The notes under the pieces: model-generated
What the model saw: the letters and a program-made list of their open reading frames with translations, nothing else
What the model was told of the DNA's origin: nothing
Databases searched by the model: none
In this document: piece after piece, positions 41,635-56,705 of the stretch
Numbering within the stretch: the stretch's first letter is position 1
Layout: every line of letters starts with the position of its first letter
Translations under genes and position numbers: made by a program
NCBI GenBank assembly: GCA_951406725.2
Contig: OX597816.1
Span: 98,456,001 to 98,520,000 of the forward strand
Length of the DNA: 64,000 bases
DNA from: Octopus vulgaris
Lineage: Eukaryota
Direction: 5' to 3'

Positions 41635-43648
41635 ATGTATGTATGCATGTATGTATGTATGTATGTATGTGAGTATTGTCTGTGCGCAGAAAAAATAATT
41701 TATTGAATTGCAACCTAAATGTAAATTTACCGGAAATGAATTTAGAACTTACAATATTGCATCAGAATTTGGAATTAAAATTAAGATAATGCTCTTTGTT
41801 TTGATGTGTTTGATTAGAAACTATGCGAGATAGTTTAGTGTGCAGCAAAGATATAACATTTCAGGACGTTCCTGGTTGTAATTTTCCAACCACGTTGTAT
41901 AGCGAGGATGAATTTTCATCTTACAACAATAAAAATAGTCCTCAGTAAAACAACCACATTTTTCATTTCTTGTTTATCCTAAGCTGACTGTGTAGTGTTG
42001 CTTATTTGACTATCAATAACAAGTTATTGTACATCTAATTTACTCCCACTACCCCTAAATCACTCATAGTTCTCTATCACTACTTCTCTTTCGAAAGTTC
42101 GAAGAACACGCTATATTTCCAGTGAATTCTAAACCTCCGTTCATCATCCGCCTGATATATTGTATGGGGAATACATACAGGAATACTTTTACAAAATTTT
42201 CGTATTGAACTTAGAATCAAATAAGTTGTCATATTTATATGTGAATGAAACTAAAGTGGCGTGCTGTTTTCGTAAAGTTCCAACATCATATACAATGTTT
42301 TTTTATATTTCCAAATATTGTTGCGTTCTTTTCCAAGGTTCAGCTAATTAAGAATCTTACTATTCCTCTCTCTAATATTTCGTTCTGGCACACCCTTTTT
42401 GTCAGGAAGGATTTTTACTCTGATAGCAATTTTCACATTATATCCCCACAAAATTTTAATTTTAGGCCACAATAATGAGTGCAATTATAATATTAACAAG
42501 TAAATTATGTAAAATGTTAATAACTAATCCCAGCTGAAGGTGGAAAATCCAATAAAGTAGCACTACATGAATTAAATGAAGTCAGTCAAAATAGAGTACA
42601 GAAAATATGAGTCTACCAGTTTGCGATGAAAATGATCTTATGACTTTCACCTTCATGAGAAAGCTTTTCACTACACAGCGAATATCAGCGTCACCATGGT
42701 ATCTGACAAGTAAAATTGCAAATGTTTCAAGTGATGTTAATTATTTTTTCTAAGCATGATAATTTCTTTGCCTCCTTTTCAATTAACACAATTTGCCCTT
42801 ATAACAAATGCTTTTATAACGTAATGTGGATGTGAATAGAAGTATAATAAAAAATTAGGAAATGATCTAAACGATAGAAACTTTTGTAGTTGGCAGCAGG
42901 AATCGACTGCAATTCAGTAAGAATCTGTTAGGACGCTCCTATTGTGAAAAAATAATGAATATTTAATTTTGAATAATTTCATTAAATTACTGTTAAGGGC
43001 TGTAGGCTTAAACACCACTTCGACGTTGGTTTCTAGAGTCGATTTGAAACACTTAAAATTAGTATTTAGTATATCACTGTAGAGAAAAGCAAAATTTATG
43101 AATGAAAATTGTATTGCACTTTTTCTATAAAAGAGAAATAAATATGCATAATATCTCACCGTAGGAAACATCTGGGCTGATAAATTCCTCATGATTTAAA
43201 AAGTGAAATTTCGGAAAAAATTACTTTTCAGATTTTGCTGTGAATTCTAGCATCTCGAGGGACCACTCGCAGACATCCCTCATACTATCTACGGAGTCGT
43301 GAATATATGCAGTTGAATTTTAAAATTTGCAGCAATGTTCGAATCTTAGAAGGATAATGATTTGATTTTTGTTATTGAAAATTATTGAAATATTTTCTCG
43401 GGGTTGTAATCTCCTACATGGCGTTCCCGAAAGTATGTCAAAGATAATATAAAATATCAGAATGTTTTGTGAAGCATGGGTGTGTTAGTTCAAGTTACGA
43501 TACACATCTTTTTGACTAAATTGCAATCTCCACTGGGGAAAATGTTTGACACTGAAACAATTTTCGCAAAAATATGAATCAGAGAAGGTAACCATATTCG
43601 ACATGACCGCCTTAATTTCTTCAGTCTTCAACTGTTTCTGCTCACTAA

Positions 43649-45176
43649 TCTTGTGTAAATAAATCGCACTATGTGTGTGTATAATGACTAACGCATACAT
43701 TTCGACAATTCTCGACCGATTTTCTCCAAACTTTACATATACATTAGTTATGTCCCAGGGATGGTCATGCACACCTGCGCAAATTGACGTAAATGGACAT
43801 AAGCTTTTGTATGTAGGGTCTTCCATACTTTTTAAATCTTTCAATAAAAGTGAAAGGATTTTGTCTATTTATTTACTTCGTCTGACCAGTCTGGAAACAG
43901 AATTTGGAAGCTGTCATTTTGTTTTCATGTATATACTTGTTCATGTTAATATAAAATATTTATCCCAAAACTTTTATTTAGCTGTTATTTTTAGCACAAC
44001 ACGTGTTATGTTTCCGGTAATTTCTTTCATGCAAAGAAATGTTTACGTTAATTTAAACGATTTTCCAAATTTGATGTATGCATATAATTTTATGTATGTA
44101 TGACCTTCCATAATTTTAAAATCTATTTCATTGTATATTGGCATTAGAGAATATTTTTGACTGTGATTAAATGTACTAGGAACAGTGTACGCGATGAATA
44201 TCCAATAGCAAACAATCTTAATCTTCATATTTAAGCTGCATTAAACTTTGGCAAGCTTACCTATACTTCTTCCGAGTTACTTGAAAGGTAATGTTCCATT
44301 TCCTCTATTCTATTTGTTAATACCTTTGTTTACCTACCAATGCGTTGCTTCACTTTAAGGATGCTTATTTACCCATCCATTATGATATTTCAGCCGTTGT
44401 CCATTGTTTCAAATGCGTTTTAGCATTGAGATTCTAACCTTTTTTTAAACAATCACATATGATTCATACCAAAGAATCAATCTTTAAATAAGAGTTTTGC
44501 TAACGACTACCGAAAGCTATAAGTATTTTTCAGAAATCGCCATACCAATTGCACTTTATGCGTAGGCTATGTGGGAAGACAGAATAAAAGGGTTCTCGAA
44601 TCGATAATCATCTGGTATACCAAAAACCGTTCTGATTTTCCAGATATTACAAGCATGCCACCTTAAAAGAGGGCAAACATTGAGAGAAAGATTTCTAGAG
44701 TGGCAAGGCAGCAGCGCTGGCAGGCTAAGGAAACTGAGGACCGGAGGTCCTCTAGACTGTTGAATAAAGCTGCCGCTGCAAGAGATGCAGCTACTCCGGA
44801 GCAGAATGAAACCTATCGAGTGTGTGCTGCTGACACAAATTGCACAGAAACCCCCAAAAGAGTGGTATCGTTCGGGCACGCAACGCTGCATCCACTTCCG
44901 CAGCGAGGTTGGCAGATGACGATAACCATCGGATGATCAAACTTGAGTCTAATGTTCACCAATTTATACAGAAAATTTGCACTTATAACTCTGCTTTCCA
45001 GATGAGACGTTTTAGTCACAAACACATTCATGAAGACTCCTAGTCTTCCTGTCAACATTGCTGAACACCGATTCCTTGAAATTTACTTCATGGGAGCTCA
45101 GGTGACATCAGGAACAAAGTGAAAAAAATACCGCCAGAGTAACGTAAACCGTCCAAAGGACTGTAGTGTTTTCTAG
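43649..45176 (+). mobile_element. Internally deleted Helitron with Rep-helicase N-terminal relic
   Basis: 44655-45015 translates to MPP*KRANIERK...ETEDRRSSRL and FIQKICTYNSAFQMRRF (Helitron FxxNIRxYNSAFQMTSF motif). Candidate ends are A^TC at 43649 and CTAG^T at 45176, after a weak GTCC/GGAC hairpin. Confidence 0.7.
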
Positions 45177-45899
45177 TACCCGATAAAGACTATCGCTACC
45201 GTGTTCAAATCATATTGATTAATTTATGTATGAATATATCTGTGTCGAGGTGGATATATTTTAGGCATACACACACGCACATGCAATACATATATATATA
45301 TATATATATATATATGTAATACGCCCATATATTAATATATATACACGAGTAAGCACATAGATGCAAAACAAGGTTGAGGAATAGTACGCTAATACCAGAC
45401 GTGCTGCCGGACAAACGGGAGCGTTTTTTATGACGTTTTTGTGGCTTCATGAATATATATATATATATATAGGCATATCTATAATTCCATACCGCAGTCA
45501 TCATATTAACTTTAGTCGTTACTTTACTTTCTATCATACAAATTTATTTATCTCACAAATGTATTATTTTCTGAGTTAGAAACTTTCCTGCGAGGTTAAT
45601 GACTTTGCTACAGAACCTATTTAAATTTGCTTTGAATGAAATTTCTTCCACTGAGCTCCTTTTCTTAAGTGCTTTAACGGTAAAAATGCTATGATAAAAT
45701 ACCGAAACTGTGCAGCTTGCAAATTACATCCATTCATTCTTTTCCAAATTTCTGTGCACCTGTTTTAGTGTAACTTTACTCAATCAATTTTCGATTATAG
45801 CATATCATAACCTAGGGACGTGCTAGTCCTTTTCATGCTGGAGGATTTTAATCGACTAAATCAACAGACAAACACACACACATATGTATATACGCACAC

Positions 45900-45980
45900 A
45901 ATGGTTTTCTTTCAGTTTCTATCCACCATACTCATCACAAGGCCATAGTAGAAGACACTTGGCAACGTGCCATGCGCCTA
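45900..45980 (-). mobile_element. Family A SINE fragment
   Basis: TTTCAGTTTC...CACAAGGCCATAGTAGAAGACACTTG matches the reverse complement of 14080-14150. Confidence 0.7.
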
Positions 45981-45981
45981 A

Positions 45982-46050
<69 letters not shown>

Positions 46051-46129
46051 GTGTGTGTGTGTATGTGTGTGTGTGTCTGTCTGTATATATACGTATGTAT
46101 ATTTATGTCTGTATACATGTATATATGGG

Positions 46130-47241
<1,112 letters not shown>

Positions 47242-49048
47242 AGAAATATAGAACGAGAAAGAATTGTATGTATACATATGGGAGATATTTATTATTATCC
47301 TTGTCTTTCTATCTTATTCTCTGCCTATATATGCGTGTGTGCGTGTGTGCGTGTGTGTTGGCATATATAACTCACAAATACATTGGTTGCTTCTATACAT
47401 GCGTATACAGACTCCCATATGATCAAACATTGTTTCAGCAACATAAATATAATATACCCCGTGTATTAGTATTTATTTTCTCTTTTAAATATCCACATTG
47501 ATTATCATAGAATATGATATAAAGTAGATAAGAAACTGGCCATGAAGCTGGATGTTTGACAGTTTCTTACTTCCAAAGGCATTTCAGTCTGCTTTCTGGT
47601 TAAGGTACACAAATCTTAAATTCTCTCATCCGTTAAATCGACATTACGCAATATTTGAATTGAAATATATGTTGTCAATTACTGCAAGCGAATATTCCAC
47701 TAGGCTAAACGGAGCCTTTTTTGTTTCAAATAACGTTCTCTTCCCCTCGTATATATGTGTTTTGCATAAGAAATTTATAAACACTTTACATTCTTGTCAA
47801 ATATTAAACAAAATAAATATATTTCGGAATTCCTTAAGAAGTATACTTAGAGGTTGATTTAGCAGTTGATGAGTACAAAATGTAGAAGTAACCGAGATCT
47901 CCGAACGGTGATGAATCTATTCAGGGCTGCGTAGAGTTTCTTTAATTCACGATAATGAGTTCAACTTCTTATTTGGTTGCATATTTGGGAGAATGTCGAT
48001 TTTTTGCTTGATAAATTCACTAGTGAAATTGCATGACCTATAGTTAATTGTAGTCACATCTGTCCCGAATCACATCATGCTGCTATAAATAAGAGGAAAA
48101 TGAAATTCTATATTGCAGTATGGAAACTACAATGCATAAAAAAGTGCCTTTGATCATAGAACTGTTCAATCGACTGACACCTATGTCTAGACTGCGATGT
48201 TTTCGATTGATTTCGTTTGAAATATAGAAATAAATAGCTTTTCTACACAGACACAATCCTTTACCTTTCTAGCACTGTCTTCTGTCCATTTTCTTTACAA
48301 TTACTTCTAATAGTTTCTCAATCTTCACGTTTCGCACTTACTCATTCACCATCTTAATAACTTCAAAATTTACTGAAATATAATAATTCATCTGCGTGGT
48401 TGTATAAGGGCTATTATTTTAAACATTAGAGTAATGAGTAATAATTTGAATATAATTTAGTCGCTATACACAATATATTATACTCTCACATATGTACAAT
48501 TATTGTAATCTTCCATTAAAAATCAAATGGATACTAATTGTCAAAATAGAATTAACTCGGAAATTGTAATTAAATTGCAAAAGCAACTTTCTCATTTCAA
48601 TATTCATGAAAAGTATAAACTATACCTATTAATAATACAGTGAAACATCGTAACCATCAAGTATAATTAATCACTTAAACATTTGTAATATTTTCAACAA
48701 TATAAATAATTTGCTTTTATTTTGTGTCAAATTTATTTTCAAAAAAATATAGAAAATAAAGTTGATATTTCAACATTACCTGCATTCACTCACTGTTAAA
48801 ATATGCATTCCTAATATAACTACATATAACAGGTCTTATATAAATATGGGCGTATATAAATACATGCATCATATACACACATACATATATGCATACACAT
48901 ATTACTTGCAAATTTGTAGCCTGTAAAATGTAATTCTTCGCATCAACTCGATACAAGAGCAAGTTTTAAAAGACATACATACATACTGTTAAGATTTAAG
49001 TACCAGAAGCGTCGTATTCAGCAGTAATACATACACACACACACACAT

Positions 49049-49081
<33 letters not shown>

Positions 49082-49392
49082 ATCGAATAAATGGACCCCC
49101 ATGACTTATTTTTAAGCCTAGTACTTATTCTATAGTTTTCATCTCCAAGCTAATAAGTTACATGGACGTAAACATACCAACACCGGTTGTGTAGCAGTGA
49201 TGGTGGACAATCACAGACAAGAAGATGCATACACAAAAAGGCACAGACACACGCGCACACAAACAGACGCACGCACACAGGCACACACATATAGGCGTGT
49301 TACTTTCAGTTTATGTCCATCAAATCCACTGGGACTGAAGCTGGGATCACGTGTTTGAAAAGCAAGCTTCTTACTACTTGGCCACGCCTGTG

Positions 49393-49395
<3 letters not shown>
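49082..49395 (-). mobile_element. Family A SINE, degenerate
   Basis: AAGCCTAGTACTTATTCTAT, GACGTAAACATACCAACACCGGTTGT and AGCAAGCTTCTTACTAC..GCCACGCCTGTGCC. Confidence 0.85.
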
Positions 49396-49431
<36 letters not shown>

Positions 49432-49672
49432 GTGCATGTTTCATTTTATGCATAAGTGTGAGTGTGAGTATGAGTACGAGTGTGCAACTTCAGTTGTAAT
49501 CCATCATCATCAGCTTTAGATATTTCCACGTAGACTGCTGCCATTCGTCCTTGGCTGAGTGTGGACTTAGCAGTTTAGTGAAGAAACCTATAGAATAAGT
49601 ACTAGGATTTTAAAAAATGTCCTGGGGGTCAATTTATTCGTGTATAAATATGTAATTATTCGACTACATATA

Positions 49673-49710
<38 letters not shown>

Positions 49711-49832
49711 TATATACAATATATATGTAGATATATATATACATACGCACACACACACATATATATCCTACTGTTAAAATTTAAGTACCAGAAGCGTCGC
49801 ATTCAGGATTAATACATGCATACATACGTACA

Positions 49833-49865
<33 letters not shown>

Positions 49866-50074
49866 GCATATGAACGATGCTTTAGATACTCACTTGTCTC
49901 AGCATTTTCCCCTCACCACATGTTGTACCGAATGCAATGAACCGATGCATTTGCTGCATTTTATGCATGTGATGCATCATGCTGTATAGACTGTCGTGGA
50001 GGTGCCGCAATAAACCTGCCAATCCTGCTCAAAAATAATGAACGTATATGGTGTCGCTTTGATAACAATAAAAC

Positions 50075-50270
50075 CATTTAATCGAAACGCGGAGTTGATA
50101 AAACAGGGGACAACTGATGAAGGGAATTTTTTTTACGCTGCCTGTCTCGTTTATCTGTTTTTGTTTTTCTTTCGTTGTTCGAAAATGTTCGTTTTCTATG
50201 TTTTGTCTGTTATGTTCTCGTATCTCATTTTGTCTACGTTTTATTGATGTCCTATACCCATATATGCATG
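50075..50270 (+). repeat. Dispersed repeat, copy 2 (see 37700-37897)
   Basis: TCGAAACGCGGAGTTGATAAAACAGGGGACAACTGATGAAGGG followed by the same T-rich 3' portion as copy 1. Confidence 0.7.
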
Positions 50271-50989
50271 TTCCCTTTTTTGGACTTTTTCGATATATAT
50301 ATATATATTCAATAGATAAAATTCTGGGCTAAAATCTTCATCTATCTGTAATATGTAACCTATGTATATCGTTGAATGTATAGTTTTCTTCTCTGCGAAG
50401 ATCCCTTTTTTGATGTACTTCAGACCTAAGAATGACAAATGCATCATTTCTGTAGCTTGTCATTGCCACGCAGTTGGTGCTCTCCAGCACGAAGATACCT
50501 TGACCACAGTGGAATATATAGAGACGGTAAATAAACAGTCATCCGCACTTTCAACGGAGCACCAGCCCGAATACATATCAAAATAAGCTATAGGAGCAGC
50601 CTTAGATTAAACTCTTTATCTATATGATTGGTTAACACACTTGTATCGTTGAAATGATCGGCGACTTCACTATTCGTCTGACGAAAGATACCTTTGCGGA
50701 TGTAATTTGTTAATAGCTCAAAAGATGATTGAGCTACAAAAAAGTGTCCCAAGCATTTCGTGATAGAATGAAGGCATGTGTTAACGTAGATGATGAGATC
50801 TCATTACTCGTACTGCATCCATCGTTCCCTGAATATAAGACCTGAACATCTATATCTGCAGTATTTATGTTTATGTGTTTCAGATACAATCAAGCCATTC
50901 CATTCAATGTAATAGAGTTGCAGTCATCACGTGTGTATGTTTGTATGAATGACTGTGTATATATGTCATTATTCCGTTTTATTTCAAGA

Positions 50990-51900
50990 CTAGCAGTATC
51001 GCCCGGCGTTGCTCGGGTTTGTAAGGGAAATAACTATATAAGCATTTTTAGAGAGTTATAGCCAAAAAATAGCCAAAAAATGCATTAAAAATGGAATAAA
51101 AAATGATGGTAATTTTTTTTTAAATCGTTGACTCATCGTAGACATTTTAGAGAGTTACTTCCCTTATATAATAGCGAAAAAATACATTAAAATGGAAAAA
51201 ATGATGGTAATTTTTTTTTAAATCGTAGACTCATCGTAGACACGCGCTAATACCCAGAAGGGCTCGATATGAATCACGACTATAAGATACCCGGTTTTGG
51301 TTAAACTGTACCGCAAAATGTGGGAGTAGTTAGGAATCTAAATCGTAGGAGACAGACACACAACTTCACTTTTATATATAAAGATTTGTGCAACAACTAA
51401 AACATTCGGTTGTGCAAATTGTTTGCACAGAAAACCTGCCATGTGTGGCGGTTTTTGCCGTTTTTGTGGATCTGTTTCAGCTTTTTTAGCGATTTCTGTT
51501 TTGGCGACTTCAAGCCATGAAGTCGTTGTTCTAAAAGAACGCTGGTCTCCTTGACAACGCTTTACGACGTTGATTTCCTTACTCCCTTCCCTACAGCTTC
51601 ACGAGGGAGGGAAGAAGGGGGAGAAGCAACACAGGTGCAGGTGTGAGCATGGACGCCAACTCCGCCGTCATCGACACACGAAAAAAAAAATGCGTTAAAA
51701 TGGAAAAAAATGATGGTAAATTATTTTTAAAATCGTAGGCTCATCGTAGACGCGCGCTAATACCCAGTCGGGCTCGATATGAATCACGACTATAAGATAC
51801 CCGAATTTGGTTAAACTGCACCGCAAAATGTGGGAGTAGTTAGAAATCTAAATCGTAGGAGACAGACACTCACACAACTTCACTTTTATATATATATAGA
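50990..51900 (-). mobile_element. Composite non-autonomous Helitron with one 3' end and two 5' ends
   Basis: Starts A-CTAG with the hairpin GCCCGGCGTTGCTCGGGT (minus-strand 3' end). The 5' terminus ...CACTTTTATATATA..GA occurs at 51384 and again at 51900. 51175-51384 and 51680-51900 are near-identical direct copies. Confidence 0.85.
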
Positions 51901-53311
51901 ATTCTCGGCAGTAGAGAAAGAGCTGTTTTTTAACCTAGATGCAAGTCTTCAGGGTACTTTTTTAGGTACGCATGTATGTTCACGTACAGATATGCATGTT
52001 TTTTTATGCATTTATTCTCATGCATATAGTTGCATGTCTAGGAATGCTCGTATGTATTTAAATGATAAACTTCTGGGAAGTTTTACTGATTTTTACCGTT
52101 CCAGTGATGGTAATGACATGGATCTGTAGTCTTCGAATCAGGCTTCTCATTTCTAGTTTTGAGAAGCCTAATCTCTCAGGACTGGTATTTAGACAGTGTG
52201 TTATATATCCCAGTGCCTCGATAACTACAGATATACCTGAAATTGTAATCTTTTTAGAGGTGCTATAAATTCCTCAATAGTTCAGTATAGGTATGTTCTA
52301 CCGCTGGGTAGATGATTTCCACAAATGTACACAGTTTCTCTTCTCTATCTCAAATTCCTATGTGAATTCTGTATGTATGTATGTATGTATGTATGTGTGT
52401 ATGTATGTATGTATGTATGTATGTATAGGTAAATTCATATATTTACGTGTGTGTGTATACACACGCATACACGCACACAAACGCAAACGTTATACACACA
52501 TATGTAGATGTTATAGAGTCATATATGTCTATGGAACTTATATTGCTTTTATAGAAAGTATGCGTGTGTGTGTGTTTCTCTCTGTGTGTGTTGAGTGTGT
52601 ATGTGTGTGTGTCTACGTGTCTAAATGTACTCGGCTTACATCATTCATCAAATATTTCTATATATTTCATTTTACGGACTTCTTTCTTGAAATCTTCATT
52701 TTATGAGACAATGAAATTTTTGCAGAAGACGCATTTTCATGACTACCATTAATGCTTGAGTTCTATTAAAATGTATTGCTTTTATGTGAAGTTATAGGTG
52801 GACGTATTTTAATCATTAACATTCCAAAAATGTAATGAAATGAAGCTTGCGCGTCGCCTTGTAATTGTGTATAAATGCATTCTCTAATATTAGTCTTCGT
52901 CTGTGATTAAGGATATTGGTGCACGTTTCACACATTTTGAGATTTCTTGAAATTTAAATAGAAAATTTGTGCGTTGTTAAACTGATATGGCATCTACTCT
53001 AAGACAGTCAGTGGTAACAATGTGAAAATTTTACGTATCATAGAATACATTGCTGCAAGCATCTCTCATCTTTAGAGAATGACACCTTAAGAAATTATTG
53101 CATTCTTTTCAAGTATGTATGCTCACACACTTAGTTCTGATTTCAAGTCCTTCAGTAAGACATGCTCTTGTCAGCAGATATAAAATTTTAGAGACAGTAA
53201 AAGAGTTCTGCAGAAATTTATCTAATGAAATGTCTGCACAATTACAAAACATAGGTAATAGGAAGTAACTCGATCTGTTCAATACTGTGAATGGATATAT
53301 GATACGGAAAA

Positions 53312-53518
53312 AGGCGGCGAGCGGGCAAACTGATTTACAGCATTTTTTTCCGTCTTTACATTCTGAGTTCATAATCCGCTGAGGTCAACTTTGCCTTTTA
53401 TCCTTTCGGGGACGATAAAAAAAATACCATTTGAGCACTAAGGTCAATGAAATCCACTTACCCCACCACTCACACAATAATTGCTGGCTTCGCGCCGAAA
53501 ATTGGAACCAATATTATG
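53312..53518 (+). mobile_element. SINE family C
   Basis: GGCGGCGAGC head, TTCTGAGTTCATAATCCGCTGAGGTCAACTTTGCCTTT.ATCCTTTCGGGG core and AAATTGGAACCAATATTAT tail. Confidence 0.8.
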
Positions 53519-54094
53519 ATTGGAAATAATTCAGTTAAGCATATATTTGGTTATATACTGAACGTCGTATGATTTGTTTTTTGTTTTTTGTTTACATTTG
53601 TGAACGTATCTTGAGCTAAATAGTAACATTTGGGATTTCTTAAAATAAAGGTGCAATAACTTCCAAATTTATCCTTTCACTAACCTCAAAATTATATTTT
53701 CTACATTTTCTGAATTAATATCGACTGTGCATGTAGCTAAAGTGACAGCCAGAGACAGATCTCGACTTCCATAAACATCATCAGTAAACATAGTCACCTC
53801 TGTCTTGTTTAGTATAGCGACCAGTGTCCGTTAGAGCAGGTATAGCATTAACAAGATATTTAACCATTATGAATTAATAAAACAATATTTTCATTATATG
53901 TGAGTATGTGTATGTGCATATATCCCTGTGCGTGTGTGTTCATGTGTCTGTAAATGTATACGTATACACGCAACACACACACACACACACACACACACTC
54001 GACCGGACTTATTCTTTTGTCAGTACTTATTCTATATATATATACATATACACATACATATATGTATGCTAGGGAGACAAACACAGACACACAA

Positions 54095-54147
<53 letters not shown>

Positions 54148-54174
54148 ACGCACAGATCCATGCCATATGTACAC

Positions 54175-54210
<36 letters not shown>

Positions 54211-56367
54211 CATACACGCTCAAACACATGCATGCACACACAGACACTCAGACAAACACTCTATTTCTCATGCATACACACACACACATACGCACATATA
54301 TTTATAATCGTGGAATATTTTTCTGTTGTTGATAACTGAGGGTTACGAAATTGCTTGCGAAACAAACTGCAAAGATGATTTGCCCTTAGTATTCAAATGT
54401 TTAGGCCGCACATTTAATTTATATAGATACATGCTATCCTGATACTGAATGTAACACCATGACCATTAGGCTACGCATCCTCATATATTAGAATAAAATG
54501 TGTCGTATGAAATATTATATTCACAGCAAGATATTTGATACATATATTGAATAATTTTCCCTAGATATACTTATGTGTGTTTGGGTGCACGCACGCGTGT
54601 ATGAGTGCATGTGTGTGTGCGAGTTCGTCCATATATGTATGTAAACGCAGCGAGTGAAAATTAGAAATATGCTTTCCAAAATGTAAATGATGACTGAACT
54701 ATACATTTATTCAGCTAGATATGCAGGCGAATCAAAAGTATTCGCATGCACTTGTATATAATTTATCGCACACGCACGCACGCATGCACACACATACACA
54801 CACACTGTACACATGTGTATTTCTTCCTCTTACACACATAAAGAAGTTTACATGTAACTGTGTGTGCATGTAACTATTTTGTGTGTATGTAAGCATTTAC
54901 GAAAAACCCGTATTGTTCGTGCCTTCGAACGACGTCCATTTTCATATTTAATGTGCATTGTGTTACACAATCAGTCCCTTGTAATATTTCTGTTCCCATC
55001 AGAATGTCATGAACCAATGACTTTTATTTGTAATGTTTTATCTAAAGATATACGATATAGAATAAAAATAAACATATAGCACATTGATTTAATCCAGACA
55101 TGATATGACAAGATGTCAAATGCAGATATCAAAACGTCACTTAAGGAATCTGTATAAGAATTCTTGCAATAAAAATCCAATGTAAAATTATTGCCTGATA
55201 TTTCTCATAGAATTATATTGAAATACAGTATAAGTGCTATTTTATTGTGTAATCTTTATGCATTTTCTGTGAGTATAATCACGTAGCTGCATTCAATTCG
55301 CTAGAACATTCTTTGAAAATCATTATACTTTCGTTAAACTTTATTTGCTTGTTACATGCTCACTTGTATTTCAGTACTTGACATATGAAACATGCACAAT
55401 AATAATCACAAACATTTTATGAATAATAATCCTGATTATCATATTTTTTGTGAATTAATCGTAATCCAGGAGCCAGTATCTCATTTGTTGTTAAAATTGT
55501 CTCTTATATTGCATTTACTGGTTCATACACGCATTCAATGATGTAGTCTTACATATATGCTGTTTAAAAAAGAAAAAAAATGTATATGTATATAAAGAAA
55601 ACCTGAGTCATAACAGGTAAAATTCGCGTTTACAGCTATTGCGTAAGGGTTGAACAGTATAAAAGATATCTAGTCTTAAATCCACTCTTTTCTCCTATGG
55701 TTACTACTTTTTAAACTTAGATTGGCTTTCGTGGAGCAGAGATTTGATTATAAGTAGTCCGGTTGTCATATCTTTCAGATATATTTTATCTAGAACTGCA
55801 GTATTGAGTGTCATCGCGTTTGAAGAAAAAATTGTATGATTTCATTAAAATATGTTGGAGCGTTCTAGTAAATCGAAGGGCTTCATAAAGCCTCTGATGA
55901 AATCAATTAATTTTAAAGGTGAAATTTTGGCGTTAAGACATATATTTTTGTGTTTGCTGCATTATTTGTATATTATCTGTAGTGTAAAATTTGATTCTGA
56001 AGTATTTCCCGAATATGTCTAGTTAATTTTAACAATACCTTTCACCGTTGTGCAATGATAAAGCTATAATTTATGTCTAATATACTAAAAATCCGATCAA
56101 CTCCGCCCTTCCGAATGGCATCCCTGCAAGCAAAATGTTTGCCTCCTTGGCACAAGCATAATTTTCAGGAAAGTACATTTTTGAAGAAAACAAATAGCAA
56201 GGCACCGAAGACTACATGTAGCAAGCCTGTTACTCATTTAATATTCCCGGACTTCCAACAAAACCTGTATGCAAATGAATAAATAATAATCCTTTCCACT
56301 ATAGTCACAAAAACCGGAATTTTAGAGCAGAGATAAAGTCGATTGCTTGAGTAATGATTGTTACATT

Positions 56368-56590
56368 AATAATAATAATGATGGTTTCAATTGTTGGCTC
56401 AACGCTAGAGATTTCGAGTTGGAGATGAGTCGATTATATTGATCCCAGTCCTCAACTGGTACTTATTCTATGAACCTTAAAAGCCGAATCGATAGCATTT
56501 AAATTAAGAACGTAACGACGGACTTAATACCGTTAAACATTTTGTCAGGCTTGCTAACGATTTGTCTGTTATTCTAACGATTCTGCAGCA
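56368..56590 (-). mobile_element. SINE family C, degenerate
   Basis: AATGATGGTTTCAA...GTCGATTATATTGATCCCAGT.CTCAACTGGTACTTATT...AGAACGTAACGACGGAC is the reverse complement of family C. Confidence 0.75.
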
Positions 56591-56595
56591 TTTAT

Positions 56596-56623
56596 AATAA
56601 TAATAATGATAATAATAATAATG

Positions 56624-56697
<74 letters not shown>
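56596..56697. repeat. (AAT)n microsatellite
   Basis: Direct reading. It abuts the 3' end of the RLE LINE. Confidence 0.95.
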
Positions 56698-56699
<2 letters not shown>

Positions 56700-56705
56700 G
56701 TAATT

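Noticed and set aside
51085-51900. Repeated ATGATGGTAA..AAATCGT.GACTCATCGTAGAC units as a CRISPR-like array
   Set aside because: The spacing is irregular, the context is eukaryotic, and Helitron internal duplication explains them.
55888-55935. CTGATGA...GAAATTTT motif
   Set aside because: Stem II and stem I pairing is too weak and is expected by chance in AT-rich DNA.
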